Of a stretch of DNA of 11,286 nt, positions 1 through 8,735 are shown piece after piece. Each line of letters starts with the position of its first letter. Within the stretch, counting starts at the first letter, position 1. Both the position numbers and the translations under genes were made by a program. The stretch is from Sulfurimonadaceae bacterium (GTDB lineage: Bacteria > Campylobacterota > Campylobacteria > Campylobacterales > Sulfurimonadaceae), in assembly GCA_041562555.1 (NCBI GenBank), contig JBFEXS010000072.1, forward strand, positions 1-11,286, read 5' to 3'. The notes beneath the pieces are model-generated. The model did not search any database, was not told the DNA's origin, and was given only the letters and a program-made list of their open reading frames with translations.

Positions 1-1
1 T

Positions 2-1321
2 AATGTTTTCGGTCAGGACTGCTGCTTCGTCTTGGCGCAAAAAGAGGGACACTACGGGTATAACCTCTACCTTGGAGGCAAGGTCGGGCGTATTGCCAAG
101 AGTGCGGATATCTTTTTAAAAGATGAAGATGAGGTATATGCGGCATATGGAGCCCTGATCGAATTATTCAGAGATAATGGTTTTAGAGACAATCGAAACA
201 AGAACAGACTCTTTTTCCTTATTGAAGCGGTAGGTATGGAGAATCTGGCGGCAGCGATTCGTGAAAAATCAGGGATTGATTTTGCAACAGCCGGAGACAC
301 CTTGACACTCATGGAAAACTTTGATCCTAAACACGGAAAAGTAGAGCTGCGTTCGGGTGAGTATGCAATGCATGCTGTCATACCATCGGGTATCTTTAAA
401 GGCAGTGCCATGATACAGGCATCGGAGATAGCCCGCCGTTTCGGGGATGGAAATATTCGTCTGGACGTGGAGCAGAGTCTTTATATCACAGGCGTCAAGG
501 AACAGGATATCCCTGTCGTACTGCATACTCCGTTCTTTGAAGCATATAAGAATGTGGATACTCCTTATTTTAATAATATGATCGCTTGTGCGGGTACGGA
601 ACATTGTCCTTTTGGCGTGATCCCAAATAAGCCTGACGCTATCGAAATGAGTGCATATCTGAGCGAGAAGGTTCCTTTGGACGAAGGGATGATACGCATG
701 TACTGGTCTGCGTGTGTCAAAGGGTGCGGTATTCACGGTGTAGGTGATATCGGTTTTGAAGGGTGTAAGGCCAAGGTTGATGGGAAAAGTGCCTATGGTG
801 TTCATATCACCCTGGGTGGTAAACTCACAGGCGAGGGTGAAGAAGGCTATTCGGTCTTAAAAACAATACCGCTTATATATGCGAAGTATTATGTGGAGTC
901 TCTGGTCCTAGAGTACAGACGGATCAAAAAACCGGGTGAAAGTTTCGAGCGTTTTCACGACAGGATACTGAGTCAATACTCCCGTGCATATATCGGTTTT
1001 TTCATGGTCTTGAATGCGTATTTCAGACGTGAAAAGATCGATGTGGCAGTAGAACTTGGTACAGATGTCTCAACGGGTAAACATGAAGAGTTTGAGCTTT
1101 TTGAGATGGGTAGAGAACTGTATATCAAACTGTTGGACAAGGAACCATATAGTGCCTATGATAACTATGCTCCTGCGGTAAAGGAAAAGCTTCAGCCTTT
1201 GCAAAAGACGGACAGCAGTATAGACGAAGTGATCGCGACGGTGATCTATAAAATGATTCATCCTGAAAAAGAGGAAAGGGCACTTGTTTTCTCGGAACTC
1301 ATCGAAGCGATTAAATTTTAA
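2..1321 (+). CDS. nirA: Ferredoxin-nitrite/sulfite reductase (siroheme-[4Fe-4S]), 5'-truncated by the window edge; probably assimilatory nitrite reductase
   Basis: The frame is open from base 2 (NVFGQDCCFVLAQKE...), so the TTG at 32 is not the true start. Siroheme/[4Fe-4S] ligands are C-x5-C (ACAGTEHC, codons at 587 and 605) and C-x3-C (SACVKGCG, codons at 713 and 725). The motifs RDNRNKNRLFFLI and GDIGFEG are also present. Stop TAA at 1319-1321. Nitrite versus sulfite specificity is inferred. Confidence 0.8.
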   Translation, partial: NVFGQDCCFVLAQKEGHYGYNLYLGGKVGRIAKSADIFLKDEDEVYAAYGALIELFRDNGFRDNRNKNRLFFLIEAVGMENLAAAIREKSGIDFATAGDTLTLMENFDPKHGKVELRSGEYAMHAVIPSGIFKGSAMIQASEIARRFGDGNIRLDVEQSLYITGVKEQDIPVVLHTPFFEAYKNVDTPYFNNMIACAGTEHCPFGVIPNKPDAIEMSAYLSEKVPLDEGMIRMYWSACVKGCGIHGVGDIGFEGCKAKVDGKSAYGVHITLGGKLTGEGEEGYSVLKTIPLIYAKYYVESLVLEYRRIKKPGESFERFHDRILSQYSRAYIGFFMVLNAYFRREKIDVAVELGTDVSTGKHEEFELFEMGRELYIKLLDKEPYSAYDNYAPAVKEKLQPLQKTDSSIDEVIATVIYKMIHPEKEERALVFSELIEAIKF

Positions 1322-1329
1322 GTGATACT

Positions 1330-1357
1330 TTGCATTTAGTTTAAAAACTGTTATACT
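1330..1357 (+). promoter_or_regulatory. Putative sigma70 promoter for the small hypothetical gene
   Basis: TTGCAT (1330-1335), 16-nt spacer, then extended -10 TG-T-TATACT (1349-1357), in an AT-rich intergenic gap. Confidence 0.55.
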
Positions 1358-1384
1358 TGTGGGAAAATGTTAAAGGGTTTTCCC

Positions 1385-1783
1385 ATGATCTACCTTATTG
1401 GTTTTTTTCTTCTTTTTATCATACTTTTATTGATTGTGATCATAGTTGTGTTTAAGAAGTCCAAACCTGAAAAATGTGACCTTGATCCGGTTGAAGTCCC
1501 TGCGGAGCTTACTATTTCGGATCTGGTCCAGATACTCAAGACAGAGAAAAATGACAAAAACAAGGTAGAAGAGACACTTTCCAAGATGGTGAAATACTTT
1601 CCTTTTCCACAAAATGAAAATGAGGCAAACGAACACTTTAAATATGTCTACTTCTATGCAAAAAATCCTCTGACAAATTCAAAAATGCTCGTAAATATGC
1701 AGCATCGTCTCAGCGAAGTAAACCCAAAATATGCAAAACAGATCGAAACCTTTCAAATGCAGGGTGTGGAATCCCGGAAATAG
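1385..1783 (+). CDS. Hypothetical single-pass membrane protein (132 aa)
   Basis: ATG at 1385 follows an AAAGGG SD-like sequence (alternative ATG at 1367). A very hydrophobic N-terminal helix IYLIGFFLLFIILLLIVIIVVF is followed by KKSK, then a probably helical soluble domain. Stop TAG at 1781-1783. Confidence 0.75.
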   Translation: MIYLIGFFLLFIILLLIVIIVVFKKSKPEKCDLDPVEVPAELTISDLVQILKTEKNDKNKVEETLSKMVKYFPFPQNENEANEHFKYVYFYAKNPLTNSKMLVNMQHRLSEVNPKYAKQIETFQMQGVESRK

Positions 1784-1830
1784 GTAGGAAAAGAGCTCCT
1801 TGATATTACATAAGCCCTTGTAAAGTAACT

Positions 1831-2579
<749 letters not shown>

Positions 2580-2599
2580 ATCAAACCAAGGATACAACA

Positions 2600-2812
2600 A
2601 TGAGATTAGAAGAACTAACAGCAAAAGCATTAGAAAAGACAGGTGCAGACCGTTACCAATTGGCAATCGCAGTAGCAAAACGTGCAGATGCACTTCAAGA
2701 TGGTGAGTCGAGTAAACTTAATGTAGACCCAAAAGCATACAAGCCGGCAGACCTAGCACTGATGGAGATCGCCGAAGGCGTGATCTCTATCAAAGGTTTT
2801 CAACAAGCGTAA
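2600..2812 (+). CDS. rpoZ: RNA polymerase omega subunit
   Basis: DRYQLAIAVAKRA and KPADLALMEIAEG motifs, 70 aa, AAGGA RBS, located between pyrH and spoT. Confidence 0.95.
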   Translation: MRLEELTAKALEKTGADRYQLAIAVAKRADALQDGESSKLNVDPKAYKPADLALMEIAEGVISIKGFQQA

Positions 2813-2839
2813 TAGCAGAAACGAAGGGAAGAGTTTAGC

Positions 2840-4984
2840 GTGAAGAAAACGATTGAAACCCTTCGTACTATTCATGACCTTGAAGAAGCAAAAGCCTTCT
2901 TCTACGATAAGGTCAGACCTTCTGAACTAGTCAAGAAGGCACTCTACTTCTCTGAAGAGGCACATATCGGGCAAACCCGAAAAAGCGGTGAGCCTTATAT
3001 CATCCACCCAATCCTCGTCTCCATAATTGTCTCAAGTATATCTGAAGATGAGGCGATGGTTATCGCAGCACTTTTACATGATGTCGTCGAAGATACCAAG
3101 CTGAATATAGAAGAGATACATGCGGAATTTGGTGAAGACGTAGCCCATTTGGTCGAGGGCTTGACAAAGATTGACAAGATCAGGGATTCCGAACTCGTAT
3201 CATCTGACTCTGATGAAAAACTGGTAGTGTCGGCACTCTCTTTCAGAAAGATGTTGATCGCCTCGATCCATGATGTTCGTGTTTTAGTCGTCAAGCTTTG
3301 TGACAGACTTCATAATATGCTCACACTGGATGCACTTCCTGAGAGCAAACAGCATCGTATCTCCGAAGAGACGATGGTCGTATATTCCCCGATAGCGCAT
3401 CGCCTAGGTATGTCCAGCCTGAAAAACATTCTTGAAGATTTGAGTTTTCATTATATCTTTCCTGAGGATTCGGAACGTATTAACAAGTATTTACAGGAAA
3501 ACTTCCAACAGATCCATATGAGTTTCAATGAGTTCATCGAAAAAGTGACGAAAACGATGATTCAGAATGGATTCAATGAGGGTGATTTCGAGATTAAAAG
3601 CCGTGTGAAGCATGCCTATTCGATCTATTTGAAGATGCAGCGTAAAGGGATCACGATCGATGAAGTACTGGACCTTTTAGCTATCCGTATTTTGGTGAAG
3701 GACCCTCTGGAGTGTTATAAGGTCTTGGGTATCATGCATTTGCATTTTAAACCTCTCTCTTCACGTTTTAAGGATTATCTGGCTATTGCCAAGGATAACG
3801 GGTATCAGACCTTGCATACGACGGTGTTTGATAATGCGTCGGTGTTTGAAGTCCAAATCCGAACCTTTGAGATGCATGAAACAGCTGAACTTGGCGTCGC
3901 GGCCCATTGGAAGTACAAGGATGGAGAATCCAGTATCAATCTGGAGTGGATGCAAAACCTTCAATTTCAGGGTGATACGGTAGAAGAGTTCTATGAACTG
4001 GTGAAAAACGACCTTTACAGTGAGGATATTCTGATCTTTTCTCCAAATGGAGATGCCTTTACACTCCCAAGAGGGGCTGTCGCACTCGATTTTGCCTACG
4101 CCGTCCATACCGAAGTTGGTAACAGGGCAATCGGCTGTATGATCAACAAGTCCAAGGCAACTTTGCTGACGGAACTTAAAAACGGTGACCTGGTCAGTAT
4201 TGAGACAGCTGAATCTGAAGTGACACGCTGCTCCTGGATCGATACGGTAAAGACCTCCCGTGCAAAGAGCAGTATGCGTCTGGTATGTAACCACCGCCTT
4301 CGTCATATCAACACGCTGAGTGGCATTAATATCCTGGCCAGCATATTGAAATTGAACCAGTCTCGTATTATCGAATGGCTGGAGAAAAACAAGTTGATGG
4401 ATAGTGTTTTCAAGGTGGCTTCAGACAGCGAATATCTTCGTATATTACTGCGCAAGTATCTTGAAGATATACAAAAGAACAGCCGTTTTGAAGGCTTTTT
4501 AAAACGTCATAAGTTCAAGGTCAAAGATTATCATTTCGGAGCGGTACAGATCGCTTCAAACACCTCTATCAGCGATATGGTGTTTGATTACTGTTGTCAT
4601 CCAAAGGCGGGAGACGAGGTAATCGCATTCAAGGTGGGCAATAAGGCACACCTGCATCATAAACTCTGTCTTCATGCCTATGATCTGATCGAGGAAGAAG
4701 CACCGATGTTAAGTGTACATTGGAGTACGCAAAAGGTATTTCATTATCATCTGATCGTAAGCCTGCGCAATACGAAAGGTGCATTGGCGACCTTCTTGCA
4801 GCATCTGGCAAAGATGGAGATCGATCTGATGAGTATCGAACTGGGAAAAGAGCAAAAGACCCATGTCCATTATTGTGAGATTGAGATGCAGTCTTTAGAA
4901 GGCGATCTGATAAAATTACGTAAAAAAATAGATACAAAATACAAGGTCATCCAGCTTATTCGCACGGATGATGCATATAGATAA
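2840..4984 (+). CDS. spoT: Bifunctional (p)ppGpp synthetase/hydrolase (long RSH)
   Basis: GTG start. HD hydrolase domain (RKSGEPYIIHP, LLHDVVED, DRLHNM), synthetase domain (RVKH, RFKDY, GYQTLHT, EVQIRT, AAHWKYK), TGS domain (DFAYAVHTEVG), CC/ZFD motif (YCCHP...HHKLC) and a C-terminal ACT-like domain. Confidence 0.97.
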   Translation: MKKTIETLRTIHDLEEAKAFFYDKVRPSELVKKALYFSEEAHIGQTRKSGEPYIIHPILVSIIVSSISEDEAMVIAALLHDVVEDTKLNIEEIHAEFGEDVAHLVEGLTKIDKIRDSELVSSDSDEKLVVSALSFRKMLIASIHDVRVLVVKLCDRLHNMLTLDALPESKQHRISEETMVVYSPIAHRLGMSSLKNILEDLSFHYIFPEDSERINKYLQENFQQIHMSFNEFIEKVTKTMIQNGFNEGDFEIKSRVKHAYSIYLKMQRKGITIDEVLDLLAIRILVKDPLECYKVLGIMHLHFKPLSSRFKDYLAIAKDNGYQTLHTTVFDNASVFEVQIRTFEMHETAELGVAAHWKYKDGESSINLEWMQNLQFQGDTVEEFYELVKNDLYSEDILIFSPNGDAFTLPRGAVALDFAYAVHTEVGNRAIGCMINKSKATLLTELKNGDLVSIETAESEVTRCSWIDTVKTSRAKSSMRLVCNHRLRHINTLSGINILASILKLNQSRIIEWLEKNKLMDSVFKVASDSEYLRILLRKYLEDIQKNSRFEGFLKRHKFKVKDYHFGAVQIASNTSISDMVFDYCCHPKAGDEVIAFKVGNKAHLHHKLCLHAYDLIEEEAPMLSVHWSTQKVFHYHLIVSLRNTKGALATFLQHLAKMEIDLMSIELGKEQKTHVHYCEIEMQSLEGDLIKLRKKIDTKYKVIQLIRTDDAYR

Positions 4985-4995
4985 AGGAATAACAT

Positions 4996-6195
4996 ATGAT
5001 AGAAACTGCATTGAAAGAGATCTGCCGCGGAACAGCGGAGATTATCGACCTGGAAGGTATTGAGAAAAAAGTTAAAAAGTTTTATGAAGATGGTACCCGT
5101 TACACTGTCAAAGCGGGATTTGACCCTACGGCACCGGACCTGCACCTTGGACATACGGTATTACTTCAGAAGTTGGCGACTTTTCAAAAATATGGAGCCG
5201 ATGTACAGTTTTTGATCGGAGACTTTACCGCAAAGATCGGTGATCCAACCGGTAAAAGTGTCACACGTAAACAGCTTTCAGATGAGCAGATCAAAGAAAA
5301 TGCGGCATCGTATCATGAACAGGTGTTCAAGATATTGAATCATGAACATACGCATACGGTGTTCAATTCAGAATGGATCGAGCCGCTTGGTGCAGCGGGA
5401 ATGCTTTCCCTTACGACCCAATATAATGTTGCACGTATGTTGGAGCGTGATGACTTTGACAAGCGTTACAAAAGCGGCACGTCGATCTCCATCTCCGAGT
5501 TTATCTATCCACTGCTTCAGGGATATGATTCGGTGCATCTTAAGAGTGATGTAGAGATCGGAGGAACAGATCAAAAGTTCAATCTTCTGATGGGACGCCA
5601 CCTCCAGCGTTCCTATGAGACGGGTCAAGAACAGTCGGTATTGATGATGCCTATCCTGGAAGGGCTCGATGGCGTTCAAAAGATGTCAAAATCATTAAAC
5701 AATTATATCGGTGTAACGGATGCGCCTAACGATATGTTCGGAAAAGTCCTTTCTATCTCCGATGATCTGATGTGGCGTTATTACGAACTCTTGAGCGACA
5801 AGAGCCTGGAGGAGATCGCTGCACTTCAAGCCGGAGTCGAGTCGGGAGTGATGCACCCAAAACATGCGAAAGAAGCACTTGCGATCGAGATCACGGCACG
5901 TTTCCACGGACAGGAGGCAGCAGAAGCAGCAAAAGCTGAATTTGAACGTGTACATGCGAAGAACGCTCTTCCGACGGATATGCCGTCATTTGAGCTTGAG
6001 GGACCGATTTGGATTGCAAAAGCGTTACAAGATGTTAACTTGGAACCATCAACTTCTCAGGCAAGAAGAGATATTAAGCAAGGTGCTGTTAAAATAGACC
6101 AAATAAAAGTCGAAGACGAACAACTGCAGTTAGAAGCAGGAGAATATGTCTTGCAGGTTGGAAAACGCAAGTTCGCTGCAGTAAAGGTTAAGTAA
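4996..6195 (+). CDS. tyrS: Tyrosyl-tRNA synthetase
   Basis: [13 protein letters not shown] (HIGH motif), [21 protein letters not shown], and a C-terminal S4-like domain ([14 protein letters not shown]...QVGKRKF). AAGGA RBS. Confidence 0.98.
   Translation: MIETALKEICRGTAEIIDLEGIEKKVKKFYEDGTRYTVKAGFDPTAPDLHLGHTVLLQKLATFQKYGADVQFLIGDFTAKIGDPTGKSVTRKQLSDEQIKENAASYHEQVFKILNHEHTHTVFNSEWIEPLGAAGMLSLTTQYNVARMLERDDFDKRYKSGTSISISEFIYPLLQGYDSVHLKSDVEIGGTDQKFNLLMGRHLQRSYETGQEQSVLMMPILEGLDGVQKMSKSLNNYIGVTDAPNDMFGKVLSISDDLMWRYYELLSDKSLEEIAALQAGVESGVMHPKHAKEALAIEITARFHGQEAAEAAKAEFERVHAKNALPTDMPSFELEGPIWIAKALQDVNLEPSTSQARRDIKQGAVKIDQIKVEDEQLQLEAGEYVLQVGKRKFAAVKVK
6072..6095 (+). promoter_or_regulatory. Candidate internal promoter within the tyrS 3' end, upstream of fabX
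   Basis: Extended -10 TG-T-TAAAAT at 6087-6095 with ATTAAG upstream, 100 nt before the fabX ATG. Confidence 0.35.
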
Positions 6196-7286
6196 TGGCG
6201 TTGAAGTCGGTTAAAATCGGAAAACACACTTTAGAAGTCCCTATTATCCAAGGTGGTATGGGTGTGGGGATCTCTTGGTCACAGCTTGCAGGATCTGTAA
6301 GTAGAGAGGGAGGCCTAGGTGTTGTCTCCTCTGTGGGTACAGGATATTACAAGAACAAGAGTTTTGTGCAAAAACTAGTTGCAGAACGTCCTTTAGAGGT
6401 TGAGAACTTTTACTCCAAAGAGGCATTGATGCAGATCTTTGCGGATGCGAGAGAGATCTGTGGTGATAAGCCGATCGCTGCCAATGTTTTATACGCGATC
6501 AATGATTACGGACGGGTTGTCACGGATTCATGTGAGGCGGGGGCTAATATCATTATCACCGGTGCGGGTCTACCTACGAATATGCCCGAGTTTACGGTGG
6601 ATTACCCGGATGTCGCTCTGGTACCGATCGTTTCATCTCCTAAGGCACTGAAGATTATCTGTAAACGTTGGCAGAAGCGTTATGATCGTCTTCCTGACGC
6701 GGTCATCCTTGAAGGACCAAAGTCAGGAGGGCATCAAGGATTTACCTATGATCAATGTGGCCTTGAAGAGAACCAACTGGAGAACCTTGTCAAGCCTGTC
6801 GTCGAAGAAGCCGCACTTTGGGGTGATATCCCTGTATTTGCAGCGGGTGGCGTTTGGGACAAGAATGATATTGACCAGATGATGGGATTAGGTGCAGCCG
6901 GCGTTCAGATGGGGACACGTTTCATCGGAACGCATGAATGTGATGCCCATGACAATTTCAAACAGGTACTTCTTGATGCAAAAGAAGAAGATATCCAATT
7001 GATGGGGTCACCGGTGGGGTATCCTGCCCGTGGTGTTCGTACGAACCTCACCGGATTGGTAGAACGTCGTGAAGGTCCTGCTATTAAATGTATCTCGAAC
7101 TGTGTAGCTCCTTGTAATCGCGGTGTTGAGGCAAAAGAGGTCGGTTTCTGTATTGCAGACAGACTGTCGGACGCTTATGAAGGGAACCTTGAACTTGGTC
7201 TCTTCTTCTCCGGTACGAACGGGTATCGTATTACAGAGATCATCTCTGTCAAAGAATTGATGAAGAAACTCACAGAAGGCGAATAA
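6195..7286 (+). CDS. fabX: FabX-type acyl-ACP dehydrogenase/isomerase (FMN, [4Fe-4S]; nitronate monooxygenase-like TIM-barrel family)
   Basis: PIIQGGMG, EGPKSGGH (His180), AAGGVW and GVQMGTRF motifs, plus Cys cluster CISNCVAPC-x11-C. It is 363 aa and lies between tyrS and amiA, like H. pylori HP0773 (FabX). The start overlaps the tyrS stop (TAATG at 6193-6197). Confidence 0.85.
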   Translation: MALKSVKIGKHTLEVPIIQGGMGVGISWSQLAGSVSREGGLGVVSSVGTGYYKNKSFVQKLVAERPLEVENFYSKEALMQIFADAREICGDKPIAANVLYAINDYGRVVTDSCEAGANIIITGAGLPTNMPEFTVDYPDVALVPIVSSPKALKIICKRWQKRYDRLPDAVILEGPKSGGHQGFTYDQCGLEENQLENLVKPVVEEAALWGDIPVFAAGGVWDKNDIDQMMGLGAAGVQMGTRFIGTHECDAHDNFKQVLLDAKEEDIQLMGSPVGYPARGVRTNLTGLVERREGPAIKCISNCVAPCNRGVEAKEVGFCIADRLSDAYEGNLELGLFFSGTNGYRITEIISVKELMKKLTEGE

Positions 7287-7287
7287 G

Positions 7288-8676
7288 CTGCGTTTACTAC
7301 TAGGTTTTATTCTTCTTAGTATTGTTCTTTTCGCCAATAATGCGGAAGTCTTAAAGCGTGCGAACGAAAACAGCAACAGTACGCAAAAATCTGAGCTGAT
7401 ACGTGCGTATAATGACTATCGAAATGTCTATATCCGTGCTTTGATGAAAGAAGATGATGCCTTATGCAAGACCTGTCTTCAGGGTCTTATCAAAACAGGA
7501 AAAAAACTTCATATCGATGTTATTGATTACGAAGTGAAGCTTAAAGCAATCGATTCGAAAAAGAAAGCAACTACAAAAAAGACAACGAAAAAACGCCTGA
7601 TCGATAAGAAGAAGACACCTAAAAAGGTCAAAGAGTCCATAGCAGAACAGAACAGGCTTGTCTCAATACGCTGGAAAGACTCGCAACGGCTTGTACTGAA
7701 GTTTACGAGAAATATCCGCTCTAGCGAACTTAACCGCTTCTCCCTCAACGACAAGAAAAAGAAAAAATACAAAACCATTTATGATGTCTACGCTGTCTTG
7801 ACAAAAAAGACGATGGACCTTAAACACAGTTCCGTAAAGAAGATACGTCTGGCACAGTTTGATCAAAAGACCCTGCGTATCGTCTTTGAAAACGATGCTG
7901 TGATCAAGCAGCAATACAAGATCAGCGGAAATGAACTGACGATCAAGATGTCCTCAGAAAACCGGGAACTTGAATATATCCCCGTAACGCCAAACCTTAA
8001 CCGTAAAGTCATCGTTATTGATCCGGGACACGGGGGGAAAGATGCGGGAGCTGTAGGACATAAGAAGTATAGAGAAAAGGTCGTCGTACTGCAGCTCTCC
8101 AAGAAGGTCAGAGACATCCTGGTGAAACGTGGATATACGGTATACATGACCCGTAACGGAGATAATTTTGTCAAACTGCGTGAACGGACGAAGTTTGCCA
8201 ATAGAAAGAAAGCAGATCTTTTTCTCTCTATTCATGCCAACTCGGTTCCTAAACGTAACCGTAGTAAAGCCAAGGGAATAGAGACCTACTTTCTTTCGAC
8301 CAATCGAAGTGACAGGGCAAAACGGGTCGCTGCGATCGAAAATGCTGATATCGGTAAGATGGAAAAGGGGGGAATGCAGGACGCACTTCATCTTATGAAT
8401 CGTGAAAAGATCCTGGCATCAAACAAGCTTGCGATCGATCTTCAGCAAAATATGCTGGCTTCGCTTAATGCCCATTATAAGGGAGTCGTCGATGCCGGTG
8501 TACGTTCAGGCCCGTTCTGGGTACTTGTAGGGGCGCAGATGCCCGCAGTCCTGATTGAGATAGGGTTTATCTCCCATCCGAAGGAAGCCACGCGTATGGT
8601 CGATCACCGCTATCAGCAAAAGCAGGCGATCGGTATTGCCAATGGTGTCGATCGCTATTTCGCAAAGAACCCATAG
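7288..8676 (+). CDS. amiA: N-acetylmuramoyl-L-alanine amidase (Amidase_3) with signal peptide, Lys-rich linker and AMIN-like domain
   Basis: Zn-amidase motifs IDPGHGGKDAG, EK, FLSIHANS and AVLIEIGF, and an AMIN-like segment IRLAQFDQKTLRIVFE. The frame is open back to a TGA at 7261-7263. A signal peptide begins at CTG 7288, upstream of the first canonical start (TTG 7441). The product call is confident; the start is inferred. Confidence 0.9.
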   Translation: MRLLLGFILLSIVLFANNAEVLKRANENSNSTQKSELIRAYNDYRNVYIRALMKEDDALCKTCLQGLIKTGKKLHIDVIDYEVKLKAIDSKKKATTKKTTKKRLIDKKKTPKKVKESIAEQNRLVSIRWKDSQRLVLKFTRNIRSSELNRFSLNDKKKKKYKTIYDVYAVLTKKTMDLKHSSVKKIRLAQFDQKTLRIVFENDAVIKQQYKISGNELTIKMSSENRELEYIPVTPNLNRKVIVIDPGHGGKDAGAVGHKKYREKVVVLQLSKKVRDILVKRGYTVYMTRNGDNFVKLRERTKFANRKKADLFLSIHANSVPKRNRSKAKGIETYFLSTNRSDRAKRVAAIENADIGKMEKGGMQDALHLMNREKILASNKLAIDLQQNMLASLNAHYKGVVDAGVRSGPFWVLVGAQMPAVLIEIGFISHPKEATRMVDHRYQQKQAIGIANGVDRYFAKNP

Positions 8677-8698
8677 GGTGATGCATCTGCATCACTCT
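8675..8698. terminator. Stem-loop between convergent genes, possible (bidirectional) terminator
   Basis: AGGGTGATGC-ATCT-GCATCACTCT forms a 10-bp stem with one G-U pair, overlapping the amiA stop codon. There is no clear U-tract on either strand. Confidence 0.5.
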
Positions 8699-8735
8699 GC
8701 TACCGTATTCGCCGCTTAGTAAACAGTATAAGTCC

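Noticed and set aside
32..34. TTG start of the reductase
   Set aside because: The frame is open to the window edge and the N-terminal half of the enzyme is missing.
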